Assembly (NCBI GenBank): GCA_903831925.1
Contig: CAIKZV010000153.1
Span: forward strand, 1 to 28,109
Direction of reading: 5' to 3'
Source: an uncultured Burkholderiales bacterium
GTDB taxonomy: Bacteria; Pseudomonadota; Gammaproteobacteria; Burkholderiales; Burkholderiaceae_E
Length of the DNA stretch: 28,109 nucleotides
Program-made: the position numbers and the translations under genes
Notes under the pieces: generated by a model
The model's database searches: none
What the model saw: the letters and a program-made list of their open reading frames with translations, nothing else
Told to the model about the DNA's origin: nothing
Shown: piece after piece, positions 1-9,484 of the stretch
Position numbering within the stretch: position 1 is the stretch's first letter
How the letters are laid out: each line of letters starts with the position of its first letter

Positions 1-405
1 ACCGCTGCTGCTGCCGCCGGCGTCGCGCTCCCCACCGACCGGATCATCGACGGCGTCAATCTCGCGCCCTTCGTGCGCGGGGAGTCGAGCGGCGTGCCGC
101 ATGAGCGCTTGTTCTGGCGTGGTGGCGACTATGTCGCGGTGCGTGAGGGCGACTGGAAACTGCAGATCACCGCGACACCGCAGCGTGCGATGCTGTACAA
201 CCTTGCCAGTGACCCGGGTGAGAAGCGCGATCTCGCCGCGGTCCATCCCGAGCGGGTCGAACGCTTGCAGGCGCTGATCGTCGAGTTCAACAAGGCCCAG
301 GCCAAGCCCTCATGGCCTGCGTTGATCGAAGCGCCGGTGCCGGTCGACAAGACCCTGAAGACGCCGCAGGCGCCGGACGATCTGTATGTCTATTTTTCGA
401 ACTGA
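1..405 (+). CDS. Sulfatase-like hydrolase, C-terminal part (gene starts before the window)
   Basis: Frame 1 is open from base 1: ...LPTDRIIDGVNLAPF...LFWR...AVREGDWKL...LYNLASDPGEKRDLA, the typical arylsulfatase C-terminal pattern (DG.xL.P, R.G.WKL, LY.L..DP.E..NLA). TGA at 403-405. Confidence 0.85.
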   Translation, partial: TAAAAAGVALPTDRIIDGVNLAPFVRGESSGVPHERLFWRGGDYVAVREGDWKLQITATPQRAMLYNLASDPGEKRDLAAVHPERVERLQALIVEFNKAQAKPSWPALIEAPVPVDKTLKTPQAPDDLYVYFSN

Positions 406-414
406 TGTGGCTGG

Positions 415-2460
415 GTGATGAGCAGGCGATCTGATGGTCTGATTTTCGGTCTCACGGTTTTTTCGAGCTCCTTCCTGCTCTTTCTGATCCAGCCGATCGT
501 CTCGAAGTACATCCTTCCCTGGTATGGCGGGTCGTCGGCGGTCTGGACGACCTGCATGGTGTTCTTTCAGGTCATTCTGCTGCTGGGCTATGCCTATTCC
601 GACTGGGTGAGCCGCTCCCTGCGCCCTGCCGCGCAAGTCGCGCTGCATGGCGGCCTGATCATCCTCAGTCTCGTGACCCTAAAGATTCTGGCCGATGTCG
701 GCGACAAGCCCGACGGGCTCCAGGATCCGACCCTCTCGATCCTGATGCTGCTGGCATCCACCATCGGCCTGCCCTATTTCCTGCTGTCGACCACCGGGCC
801 CCTGATCCAGAGCTGGGCGTCACGCGCCGGCGCCGGGCCCGAGGTCTATCGCTATTTTTCGCTCTCCAACCTGTCATCGCTTGCGGCGTTGTTGAGCTAT
901 CCCTTTCTGATCGAGCCCAATTCGACGCTGGCCAGGCAAGCCAGCGTGTGGTCGATGGTCTATTTTGTGTTCGCCGCTTTTTGTCTCCTGGCGGGCATCC
1001 GCTTCAGTCTGACCGCCGACCGGCAGGCACCACCGCCGCGCGATGCGTCGATGGTGATGCCCGACGAGGCGGCGAGTGCGCCGCCCACGCTGTCTCAGCA
1101 ATTGCTCTGGATCGCCCTGTCGGGCATGGGTTCCTGGCTGCTGCTGGCGGTGACCAACCATCTGACGCAGAACATCGCGCCGGTCCCGCTGCTGTGGCTG
1201 CTGCCACTGTGCATCTACCTGATGACCTTCACGATGGCCTTCGAGAGCGATCGCTGGTATGCCCGCAAAGCCTATCTGCCGGTGCTGCTGCTGCTGGTCG
1301 TGGCCTGTGCTTTCGGACTGCAGTCATCGAGCTGGCCCGATACGAAAACCGGCATTCCGCTCTATCTCATCGGCCTCTTCGTCGCCTGCATGTTCCTGCA
1401 TGGCGAGCTGGCCTTGAGGCGCCCGGCCACCCGGTATCTCACGCGCTTTTATCTGATGATTTCGCTGGGCGGGGCGCTGGGCGGCATCACGGTTGGTCTG
1501 CTTGCGCCGCGCTTTTTTGTCGGCTATTACGAACTGGGCCTGGGGTTTGTCATTGTTCTGCTGCTCGCCATGGGGCTGACCCGCAAGCAGCCGGTGTCAC
1601 TGATGGCGACCGGCGCGGGTGCGCTGGCCTGCGGAGTTTTCCTCACGCTGCAGATCATTGGCGATACCGCTGATGCCCGTGTGCTCAAGCGCAATTTCTA
1701 CGGGACTCTCGAGACCAACGACGCCGGCATCAAGGGCAGCCCGGACGAGGTCAGGGAGCTCTATCACGGTGCGGTGAACCATGGTGAGCAATATCTGTCG
1801 CCCGAGCGCCGCAGCGAGCCGACCAAGTATTACGGCCGCTCCTCTGGTGTCGGTCTGGCCATCGAGAACGCCACCAGCGGCCCGCGACGACTCGGGCTGA
1901 TCGGTCTTGGCGCCGGAACGCTCGCGGTTTATGGTCGGGACGGTGACTATCTGCGCTTTTACGAGATCAACCCCGATGTCATCGAGGTCGCGCAGACCGA
2001 ATTCACCTTCATTGCCGACAGCCGTGCCAAGGTTGATGTCGTGTTTGGCGATGCGCGCCTTGTGCTTGAAAAGGAGCCGGCCAACGCATTCGACGTGCTG
2101 GCCATCGATGCCTTTTCAGGCGACTCGGTGCCTGTGCACCTGATCACGGTGCAGGCGGTCGAGCTTTATCTGAAACATCTCAAGCCCGATGGTGTGCTGG
2201 CCTTCCATGTGACCAACCGATTCCTGTCCCTGGCCCCGGTGCTGGAGCGAATCTCGGCCAGGCTCGGGCTGCATTGCGTGCTGATCCATGATGAAGCGGC
2301 CGGTGTCAATCTCTATCGGACCGATTGGGTGCTGATGGCCCGTACGCCGCAAGCCCTGTCTCCAAAGGCGATTCAGGATGCAGTCAGTCCGATTGTCGGC
2401 ATCGAAGGGCTGACTGCCTGGACGGACGACTTCAACAATCTGGTGAAGGTCCTCAAGTAG
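415..2460 (+). CDS. Integral-membrane spermidine-synthase-like / SAM-dependent protein (fused MFS/spermidine synthase family)
   Basis: About 410 hydrophobic N-terminal residues with many TM segments, then a Rossmann domain: [46 protein letters not shown]. Start is GTG 415 or ATG 418. Confidence 0.85.
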   Translation: MMSRRSDGLIFGLTVFSSSFLLFLIQPIVSKYILPWYGGSSAVWTTCMVFFQVILLLGYAYSDWVSRSLRPAAQVALHGGLIILSLVTLKILADVGDKPDGLQDPTLSILMLLASTIGLPYFLLSTTGPLIQSWASRAGAGPEVYRYFSLSNLSSLAALLSYPFLIEPNSTLARQASVWSMVYFVFAAFCLLAGIRFSLTADRQAPPPRDASMVMPDEAASAPPTLSQQLLWIALSGMGSWLLLAVTNHLTQNIAPVPLLWLLPLCIYLMTFTMAFESDRWYARKAYLPVLLLLVVACAFGLQSSSWPDTKTGIPLYLIGLFVACMFLHGELALRRPATRYLTRFYLMISLGGALGGITVGLLAPRFFVGYYELGLGFVIVLLLAMGLTRKQPVSLMATGAGALACGVFLTLQIIGDTADARVLKRNFYGTLETNDAGIKGSPDEVRELYHGAVNHGEQYLSPERRSEPTKYYGRSSGVGLAIENATSGPRRLGLIGLGAGTLAVYGRDGDYLRFYEINPDVIEVAQTEFTFIADSRAKVDVVFGDARLVLEKEPANAFDVLAIDAFSGDSVPVHLITVQAVELYLKHLKPDGVLAFHVTNRFLSLAPVLERISARLGLHCVLIHDEAAGVNLYRTDWVLMARTPQALSPKAIQDAVSPIVGIEGLTAWTDDFNNLVKVLK

Positions 2461-3787
2461 GACGGAAGGGCGTGCCCTTGACCAGGCGGCTGAGTTCGGC
2501 GGCCCGATAAGGTTTACCCAGGAATTCATCGACCCCGGCTTCGAGGCAGGCCGCGCGTTCATCTGCCAGCACATTGGCGGTCACCGCGATCACGCGCGGC
2601 TGATGCGCAAGCGGCATCTTGCGCAGTGCGAGGGTGGCGCTGATGCCGTCCAGACGAGGCATCTGAATATCCATCAGAACGAGGTCGTAAGGTTTGGACG
2701 CGAGCAGGTGCAAGGCAGCCTCACCGTCCTCGACGACATCAGGGATGATGCCCAGCCGCTTGAGCAGCGCGCACATCAGCGCCCGGTTGACCGGGTTGTC
2801 CTCGGCCACCAGGACCCTCAGCCCGGCGACCTGTTCGTCGGCGTGTTCGATCGGTGCACTGACTGGCTCAGGGAGGCTTTGCTGGGTGATCGGGCGCCAT
2901 TCGAGCGCGAAGACTGATCCTTGCCCAGGGGCGCTTTGAACCGTGAGCACGCCCTGCATCAGGTCGGCGATCCGCTTGCAGATTGCGAGCCCGAGGCCGG
3001 TACCGCCGAATCGCACGGTGGTGTCGGTCTCGGCCTGCTCGAAGGGCTGGAAGATCGCCTGCAGGCGATCCGCTTCGATGCCGATCCCGGTATCGGTCAC
3101 GCTCAGACGCAGACTGACCCGCTGATGCTCATGCCGGCTCAGGGCCTGCAGCCGGACGGTGACACGGCCCGTTGCGGTGAACTTGATCGCATTGGCGGTC
3201 AGATTCAACAGGATCTGTCGCAGGCGCATATCGTCGCCGATCAGGATCGCCGGCACGTCGCTATCGCAGTTCACCTCGAAGCCCAGGCCTTTGTCTTTCG
3301 CGATGACGTCGAGCATGCGGGCGACGGTATTCATCGCGACACGAATATCGAAAGGCAGGCTGCTCAGAATCATGCCGCCCGCTTCGATCTTCGACAGATC
3401 AAGGACATCATTGATGATCGACAGCAGCAGTTCGCCGCTCGATTCGATCGCCAGCGCATGCTCGCGCTGCTCGGGTGCGAGCGTGCTGTCGAGCAGCAAC
3501 TGCGTCATGCCGATCACGCCGTTGAGCGGTGTTCGCAATTCATGGCTCATTGCCGCCAGGAAGGCCGACTTGGCGAGGGTGGCAGCCCGAGCCTGATCGA
3601 GCGCGGCTGCCAGCTCCCGCGTGCGCTCCGCGACCTGTTGTTCAAGTGTTCCGGCGAGTTCGGCGAGATGGCGGTTGGCCTGGTAGAGCTCGAGGCTCTT
3701 GGCTTCCAGCAGCGCTTCGGCCTGCTTGCGTGCTGCACGCTCTCGATCGGCGCGCTGCCTCAGTAGATCATCATGGCCCTGACTCAC
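2453..3787 (-). CDS. Soluble hybrid histidine kinase (HisKA + HATPase + REC), probable H-NOX partner kinase
   Basis: H-box [12 protein letters not shown]-box [26 protein letters not shown]; REC domain VLVAEDN...[10 protein letters not shown]...FLGKP. N-terminal coiled coil with no TM. GTG start overlaps the H-NOX stop (GTGA, 3784-3787). Confidence 0.92.
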   Translation of the reverse strand: MSQGHDDLLRQRADRERAARKQAEALLEAKSLELYQANRHLAELAGTLEQQVAERTRELAAALDQARAATLAKSAFLAAMSHELRTPLNGVIGMTQLLLDSTLAPEQREHALAIESSGELLLSIINDVLDLSKIEAGGMILSSLPFDIRVAMNTVARMLDVIAKDKGLGFEVNCDSDVPAILIGDDMRLRQILLNLTANAIKFTATGRVTVRLQALSRHEHQRVSLRLSVTDTGIGIEADRLQAIFQPFEQAETDTTVRFGGTGLGLAICKRIADLMQGVLTVQSAPGQGSVFALEWRPITQQSLPEPVSAPIEHADEQVAGLRVLVAEDNPVNRALMCALLKRLGIIPDVVEDGEAALHLLASKPYDLVLMDIQMPRLDGISATLALRKMPLAHQPRVIAVTANVLADERAACLEAGVDEFLGKPYRAAELSRLVKGTPFRPT

Positions 3788-4326
3788 GCCCGTGTCAGGG
3801 TGAAGCGCGTGCCATCGGCCTGCGTCTTGCCGAGCGGTCGGCGCGCCAGCGTGACCGGCTCATCGAAGTGCGCGATGCAGGCGTCGATCAATCCGTGCGC
3901 GAGATCATCCATGCAGCGCGGCGAGTGATAGTCGAGCACCAGCTCGTCGCGGCCGTGCTGCATCACGTCAAAAGACGGCAATTCGGCATCCGGATACAAC
4001 TTGCGCACTTCAGTGTGGATGACCGACTCAATGCCGACCAGCACACTGAAGGCGTTGTCCTTGCCGGCGAAAAAGCCGGGATAGGCCGTCGACAGGGTTG
4101 TAAACAGGTTCTCGCCGAACCAATGGAGCACCTCGTTCACCGCTTGTCCGGTCTGACGGCTCAGAGCAACCACCAGCGTGACCATCTCGCGATGATCATA
4201 GTTGCCGACCGAGGTGTAGATGCCGCCCGAGGGCAGATCGGCATTGGCGACCAGCGTTTCGGCCAGTTCAGCCGAGTGGGTCCTTTCGACCAGTTCGAGG
4301 AACTCGGTAAAGATCATGCCCTTCAT
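3784..4326 (-). CDS. H-NOX (haem NO/O2-binding) domain protein
   Basis: [15 protein letters not shown]-terminus, [11 protein letters not shown], proximal His in [16 protein letters not shown] Pro, and haem-binding YxSxR (YHSPR, 3916-3930). Start placed at ATG 4326 rather than 4377 because the family N-terminus begins MKG. Confidence 0.9.
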   Translation of the reverse strand: MKGMIFTEFLELVERTHSAELAETLVANADLPSGGIYTSVGNYDHREMVTLVVALSRQTGQAVNEVLHWFGENLFTTLSTAYPGFFAGKDNAFSVLVGIESVIHTEVRKLYPDAELPSFDVMQHGRDELVLDYHSPRCMDDLAHGLIDACIAHFDEPVTLARRPLGKTQADGTRFTLTRA

Positions 4327-4388
4327 CGCGGTCCGCCCTGAATCATCGTCATCAGCGGCATCGTTGCGATGCAGCATGTCGAGTCCGC

Positions 4389-4417
4389 TTTATATGATGA
4401 ACAGCAAAGATCAGCAA
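4389..4417 (-). promoter_or_regulatory. Candidate sigma70 promoter for the H-NOX/kinase pair
   Basis: Minus strand TTGCTG-N17-TATAAA in the AT-richer intergenic gap, about 60 nt upstream of ATG 4326. Confidence 0.4.
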
Positions 4418-4450
4418 GCGATTGCCGTTGTCTGGCTGAGACTGCGTTCG

Positions 4451-4469
4451 GCGGGGCATCGACCCCCGC
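4451..4469 (-). terminator. GC hairpin just downstream of the EAL gene (possible weak terminator or mRNA-stability stem)
   Basis: GCGGGG-N7-CCCCGC, 4 nt after the stop at 4474. No U-tract follows. Confidence 0.3.
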
Positions 4470-4473
4470 TTGC

Positions 4474-6213
4474 TTAGTGCTGCGACGCGAGCTTCAGTGC
4501 GTCTTCGCGGGATGAGTCGTGCAGTGCGTGGCGCAGGTCGATGAATTGCACGAGATCCTGCTCGGCCAGGGGACGCGAAACAAAGAAGCCTTGCACTTCA
4601 TGGCATCCCATCGTTTTCAGCCATTGCATTTCCCGGTAAGACTCGACCCCTTCGGCGACGACCCGCAGACCCATGCGGGCGCCCATGTCGATCATCGACT
4701 TGACCATCGCCTGATTCTTTTCGTTCGAAGCCAGCCCGCTGACAAAGGAGCGGTCGATTTTCATCTCGTCGACCGGCAGATGCTGCAGCTGCTTCAGTGT
4801 CGAGTAGCCGGTTCCGAAGTCATCGATCGAGAGTTTGAGTCCGGCGCTCGACAGTTCTGACAGGCTGGCAATCACATTGTCGGTATCTTCGATCAGGCCG
4901 CTTTCGGTGACCTCCAGGCAAAGCTGGCTGGGCAGGATGCCTTGATCGCGAACCACCTGGGTGACGAAGGCGACAAAGTCGGGGCGTTCGACGTCCTGGG
5001 CTGTGATGTTGACCGAGACACACATCTCGGGCCTTCGTGAGCAAAGTGTTGTCGCAAACCTGGCGCCTTCGGCGACGACCCACTCGGTGATGCCTTGCAT
5101 CAGACCGGTTTCCTCGGCCATCGGAATGAACTGATCCGGTGACACCATGCCTTTTTTGGGGTGATTCCAGCGAATCAGTGCTTCAACACCTGTAAAGAGA
5201 CCGGATTTCAGGTCGAGTTTGGGCTGGTAGACGAGGAAGAGCTGACGCTCGGCAATGGCCCTGACCAGATCCGACTGCAGCGACAGCCGGTCACGCGAAT
5301 CGTTCAATTGGGTTGTGATCTTCGCATCGAGCCTTGGTTCGAAGAAGAATGATGCGCTGCGTTTGCGGTTCGAACGCTCTGCGGCCAACTGCGCATGCAG
5401 CAGCAGATTGGTCTCGGAATTGGCGTCATCCGGATACTGTGCGGCACCCAGTCCGACTTCAATGTCGACGGACTCGCCATCGATCAGCAGAGGTGGTCTG
5501 GTCGCCTCTGCAATCCGTTGCAGGACCGGCTCTGCGATTGCCCTGTCCCCTCGCACAAGCAAGGCGAAGCGCTCATCGCCCAGGCGCACGACCGTGTCTT
5601 CCTTGCGCAACTCGCGCCGCAGGCGACGCGCGATCTGGTTGATGGCATCGTTGCTCTGACCGGGGCCAAGCATTTCGGCGATTTCCTTGAACCGGCGGAT
5701 TTCGACGATCGCCACGCAAAAGCGCTCGGCGGCTTCGGTATGGGCTTTGATGGCGAGGCTGACGCGATGGCTGAGCACCGTGCGATTGCCAAGCCCTGTG
5801 ACCGGGTCCTGCAGGGCGGCCTTGAGGATCTGCTTTTCGCGCTCGATGGCCATCGAGATCAGGCTGCTCGTGTGCACGCCAATGCAATCGATCAGCTCGA
5901 GCACACCGGCATCACTTGAGTGCGAGGTGATATTCGGACGCGCATGCTCCAGCTCGGACAACATGGCCTCGAGTTTGCGCTTGACCCGGCCAAGGCTCGA
6001 TTCGAAGACGCGCAGCAGCGTCAGATAGCAGGCAATGGCACTTACGCCAAGAATGAGCAGCGACGCTGTGCCCCACTGGGTCTGGTGCAGCAGAAAGGCC
6101 GCAAGCGCTGTCTGCACCAGCAGGACGACGCCCAGCCAGACGAACGGCGCCACCGAGCGCCGGTTGCGCACGCGTTTTGCCCGCTCTGACATTTCCGGAG
6201 TTGGTGAACCCAT
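4474..6213 (-). CDS. Membrane-anchored GGDEF(degenerate)-EAL protein, probable c-di-GMP phosphodiesterase
   Basis: Two N-terminal TM helices; QDPVTGLGNR; the GGDEF site reads GDERF; EAL domain intact (VEALIRW, EVTES, DDFGTGYS, KIDRSFV, AEGVE, QGF). Start uncertain (ATG 6213 or 6192; the 6366 ORF start looks too far upstream). Confidence 0.9.
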   Translation of the reverse strand: MGSPTPEMSERAKRVRNRRSVAPFVWLGVVLLVQTALAAFLLHQTQWGTASLLILGVSAIACYLTLLRVFESSLGRVKRKLEAMLSELEHARPNITSHSSDAGVLELIDCIGVHTSSLISMAIEREKQILKAALQDPVTGLGNRTVLSHRVSLAIKAHTEAAERFCVAIVEIRRFKEIAEMLGPGQSNDAINQIARRLRRELRKEDTVVRLGDERFALLVRGDRAIAEPVLQRIAEATRPPLLIDGESVDIEVGLGAAQYPDDANSETNLLLHAQLAAERSNRKRSASFFFEPRLDAKITTQLNDSRDRLSLQSDLVRAIAERQLFLVYQPKLDLKSGLFTGVEALIRWNHPKKGMVSPDQFIPMAEETGLMQGITEWVVAEGARFATTLCSRRPEMCVSVNITAQDVERPDFVAFVTQVVRDQGILPSQLCLEVTESGLIEDTDNVIASLSELSSAGLKLSIDDFGTGYSTLKQLQHLPVDEMKIDRSFVSGLASNEKNQAMVKSMIDMGARMGLRVVAEGVESYREMQWLKTMGCHEVQGFFVSRPLAEQDLVQFIDLRHALHDSSREDALKLASQH

Positions 6214-6359
6214 GACCTGTTCTGATGAGATCTTGATTGCAGCCTTGACTGATGCTCCGATCCTAATGAAGGAGTCGTGACCGGCGGCGCGCGAACCGGG
6301 TGTTCGGCCGCTTTTGCCCTGCAAGCGGTCGGGTTGTCGGCAAATTGGCGCGTGCCAAC

Positions 6360-6390
6360 CTGACACCCGTGTTTGGTCGCGTGCTAGTAT
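6360..6390 (+). promoter_or_regulatory. Candidate sigma70 promoter (extended -10) for the P450 gene
   Basis: CTGACA (6360-6365), 19-nt spacer, TGc-TAGTAT (6382-6390); RBS AGGAG at 6407-6411 before ATG 6420. Confidence 0.3.
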
Positions 6391-6419
6391 TTTTGGCTTG
6401 AAAATCAGGAGACGCCGTC

Positions 6420-7715
6420 ATGAGCTCAGTCCTTGAGACCCCCGCCTTTGCCGCTCCGCGTTCGGCCGCGGAGTCAGCCGCCGAGCGCGCGCGAGTCCAG
6501 GCGCTCCCGCTCGATCAGCTCAATCCTGCCGATGTGCAGGGCTTCGTTGACGACACCGTCGGTTTCACGCTGGAGCGTCTGCGCCGCGAGGCGCCGGTGC
6601 ACCGCTCGCGCAGCCCGATCGAGGGCGTGGGCGATTACTGGTCGGTGACCCGCTACAAAGACATCATGGCGGTCGACACCAACCATGCCGTCTTTTCGTC
6701 AGACTGGACCCATGGCGGCATCACGCTGGTCGATCAGGTCGGCGAGCAGCAGCTGCCGATGTTCATTGCCATGGATCAGCCCAAGCATGACGATCAGCGC
6801 AAGGCGGTCAGCCCGATCGTTGCGCCGAGCAACCTGAACAACTGGAATGACCTGATTCGCGAGCGGACCATCAGTGTGCTCGAGAGCCTGCCGCGCAACG
6901 AGACCTTCGACTGGGTCGACAAGGTCTCGATCGAGCTCACCACCTTCATGCTCGCAACCCTCTTCGATTTTCCGCTCGAAGACCGGCGACTGCTCACCTT
7001 CTGGTCAGATATCGCCACCGCCAACAAGGCGACCAATCCTGATGCGCCCGAGCCGGAAGTTCGCATGGCCGAGCTGCGCAATATGCTCGGCTACTTCATG
7101 CGCCTCTGGAATGAGCGGGTCAACGCGCCGCCGAAGACCGACCTGATCTCGATGCTGGCCCACAGTCCGGCCACTCGCAACATGGGCCCCCAGGAATTCA
7201 TGGGCAACCTCGTGCTGCTGATCGTGGGCGGCAACGACACCACGCGCAACTCCATGACCGGCGGGCTGCTGGCCCTGCATCAGTTCCCGGCCGAGATGGC
7301 CAAGCTGCGCGCCAATCCGGCCCTGATCGACAGCCTGGTGCCCGAGATCATCCGCTGGCAGACCCCGCTGGCCTATATGCGCCGGACCGCGCTGCAGGAC
7401 ACCGAGCTCGCCGGCCAGCAGATCCGCAAGGGCGACAAGCTTGCGATGTGGTATCTGTCGGGCAACCGCGACGACGCCGCCATTACCGAGCCGGATCGAT
7501 TCATCATCGATCGCGAGCGGCCGCGCCAGCATCTGTCCTTCGGTTTCGGCATCCATCGTTGCGTTGGCAATCGGCTGGCCGAGCTGCAGCTCAAGATCCT
7601 CTGGGAGGAACTGCTCGCACGGTTTCCGGTTATCGAGGTGGTGGGTGAGCCGACACGGGTTCGGTCTCCCTTTGTGCGAGGCTTTACGAAGCTGCCGGTC
7701 CGGATCCCGGGTTGA
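6420..7715 (+). CDS. Cytochrome P450, CYP153-like (alkane/alkyl terminal hydroxylase family)
   Basis: FIAMDQPKHDDQR, I-helix LLIVGGNDTTRNS, EIIRWQTPLAYMRR (ExxR), haem motif HLSFGFGIHRCVGNRLAELQL. These strings match my recollection of CYP153A sequences. Confidence 0.9.
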   Translation: MSSVLETPAFAAPRSAAESAAERARVQALPLDQLNPADVQGFVDDTVGFTLERLRREAPVHRSRSPIEGVGDYWSVTRYKDIMAVDTNHAVFSSDWTHGGITLVDQVGEQQLPMFIAMDQPKHDDQRKAVSPIVAPSNLNNWNDLIRERTISVLESLPRNETFDWVDKVSIELTTFMLATLFDFPLEDRRLLTFWSDIATANKATNPDAPEPEVRMAELRNMLGYFMRLWNERVNAPPKTDLISMLAHSPATRNMGPQEFMGNLVLLIVGGNDTTRNSMTGGLLALHQFPAEMAKLRANPALIDSLVPEIIRWQTPLAYMRRTALQDTELAGQQIRKGDKLAMWYLSGNRDDAAITEPDRFIIDRERPRQHLSFGFGIHRCVGNRLAELQLKILWEELLARFPVIEVVGEPTRVRSPFVRGFTKLPVRIPG

Positions 7716-7729
7716 GTGTAGGCGCCGGT

Positions 7730-8551
7730 ATGCAGGTCATTATTCTCGGCAGCGGCTCGCCGCTGGTGACACCCGATCGCGCCGGTCCGTCGACGCTGGT
7801 GCGCATCGGCAAGACTGACCTGCTCTTTGACTGCGGCCGGGCGGTGCTGATGCGTGGTGCGGCAGTCGGCATGAATGCGCGCGAGCTCACGGCGCTGTTC
7901 GTGACCCATATGCACAGCGATCACACCACCGACTACAACGACGTCATCACCACCCGCTGGATTTCGAGCCCGCAGTCGAACCCGCTTGTGGCCTATGGGC
8001 CGACCGGATTCAAGCGCTTCACCGAGGCCACGCTGGCGATGCTCGATACCGACGTGCACTACCGCATGTCGCATCACGATGATCTGAATGAGGCCCCGAA
8101 GGTCACGGTGCGCGAGGTCGCGCCTGGGCTGGTCTTCGAGTCCGAAGGCATTCGCGTGTTCGCTGAGCCGACCGACCACAGCCCGGTTCATCCGACCATG
8201 GGTTTTCGCATCGAGGCGCAGGGCAAGGTGGTTGCCATTGCCGGTGACACCGTGCCCTGTGAAGGGCTGAGCCGGCTTTGCCGCGGTGCCGATGTCTATG
8301 TCCAGACCGTCATCCGTCGGGACATCATCGAGAAGGCGCCCTTCAAGCGTTTTCGCGACGTGCTCGATTACCACTCCGATGTCGCCCAGGCTGGAAAGAC
8401 AGCCGCCGAATGCGGCGTTCGAACGCTCGTGCTCAACCATCCGGTGCCGGCGCCACAGCCTGGCTCCGAGCCGCAGTGGATTGCCCTGGCCAAGGCTCAT
8501 TTCGCTGGCGAAGTGCTGCTCGCCACCGACCTTCTGACGGTCGACGCCTGA
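7730..8551 (+). CDS. MBL-fold metallohydrolase, RNase Z/AtsA(ElaC)-like
   Basis: ILGSGSP, LLFDCG, THMHSDH (HxHxDH), DH..., AGDT, LNHP. ATG 7730 is 14 nt after the P450 stop. Confidence 0.85.
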   Translation: MQVIILGSGSPLVTPDRAGPSTLVRIGKTDLLFDCGRAVLMRGAAVGMNARELTALFVTHMHSDHTTDYNDVITTRWISSPQSNPLVAYGPTGFKRFTEATLAMLDTDVHYRMSHHDDLNEAPKVTVREVAPGLVFESEGIRVFAEPTDHSPVHPTMGFRIEAQGKVVAIAGDTVPCEGLSRLCRGADVYVQTVIRRDIIEKAPFKRFRDVLDYHSDVAQAGKTAAECGVRTLVLNHPVPAPQPGSEPQWIALAKAHFAGEVLLATDLLTVDA

Positions 8552-8564
8552 GTCTTTCGGGCGC

Positions 8565-9428
8565 ATGCCCCAGAATGACGGGATGAAAACACCCAAGCGA
8601 CTTCAATCGCTGCTAGACGAAGGGCTGATCGACTCGGTCGTGAGGCAGCTGATGAGCGGCAAGGAAGCGACGGTCTATGTGGTGCGCTGCGCGGGCGAAA
8701 CCCTGTGCGCCAAGATCTACAAGGACGCCACCCAGCGCAGCTTTCGCCAGGCGGTCGACTACACCGAGAACCGCAAGGTCAAGAACAGCCGCCAGGCGCG
8801 GGCCATGGCCAAGGGCACGCGCTTCGGGCGCGAGTCTCAGGAGGCGGCCTGGCGAAGTGCCGAGGTTGATGCGCTCTACCGGCTGGCAGCGGCAGGCGTG
8901 CGTGTGCCGGCGCCACGCAATTTCTATGAGGGCGTCCTGCTCATGGAACTGGTCACCGATGAGCATGGCGATGCCGCACCGCGGCTCAATGATGTGATCT
9001 TCACGCCAGACGATGCGGTGCTTTATCACGGCGCCCTGATCGGCGAGGTGGTCCGCATGCTGTGCGCCGGCATCGTTCACGGCGACCTGTCCGAATTCAA
9101 CATTCTCCTGGCGGCCGACGGGCCGGTGATCATCGATCTGCCGCAGGCGGTCGATGCTGCGGGTAACAATCACGCCAATCGCATGCTGCTGCGGGATGTT
9201 GAAAATCTGCGCGATTTTTTCGGTCGCTTCGAGCCTTCGCTGCTCGCCACCGACTACGGCAACGAGATCTGGGATCTTTATGCGCGTGGCCTGCTGACGC
9301 CCGAATCCTCTCTCACCGGCCGCTTCGAGCATCGCACCGGGCCGGTCGATGTGCGCGATGTCATCGCGGTGATCGAAGATGCGCAAGTCCAGGAGGCCGC
9401 AAGACTGGCGCGACTCACGTCGACCTGA
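8565..9428 (+). CDS. Bacterial RIO1-family serine/threonine protein kinase
   Basis: LMSGKEATVY, CAKIY, LLMELV, catalytic loop VHGDLSEFNIL, IIDLPQAV. Start is ATG 8565 or 8583. Confidence 0.9.
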   Translation: MPQNDGMKTPKRLQSLLDEGLIDSVVRQLMSGKEATVYVVRCAGETLCAKIYKDATQRSFRQAVDYTENRKVKNSRQARAMAKGTRFGRESQEAAWRSAEVDALYRLAAAGVRVPAPRNFYEGVLLMELVTDEHGDAAPRLNDVIFTPDDAVLYHGALIGEVVRMLCAGIVHGDLSEFNILLAADGPVIIDLPQAVDAAGNNHANRMLLRDVENLRDFFGRFEPSLLATDYGNEIWDLYARGLLTPESSLTGRFEHRTGPVDVRDVIAVIEDAQVQEAARLARLTST

Positions 9429-9484
9429 GACCGAGGCGCGAAACCCGGTGCAATGCACCACTTTCTGTACATCGAGGCAACCCC

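Noticed and set aside
2453-2460. 8-nt overlap of convergent stops
   Set aside because: Common in compact bacterial genomes and not evidence of antisense regulation.
4413-4427. Sigma54-like GGCAATCGCTTGCT upstream of H-NOX
   Set aside because: Spacing is 9 nt rather than 10, and the -24 element is poor.
6270-6330. Possible c-di-GMP-I riboswitch in the EAL leader (AGGGCAAA...GCCGCCGGTC on the minus strand)
   Set aside because: Lacks the GNRA-capped P2 stem and the GACGCAAAGCC core. An Infernal search with the c-di-GMP-I model would settle it.
6340-6357. Sigma54-like TTGGCACG...TTGC on the minus strand toward the EAL gene
   Set aside because: GG-to-GC spacing is 13 nt; sigma54 strictly needs 10.
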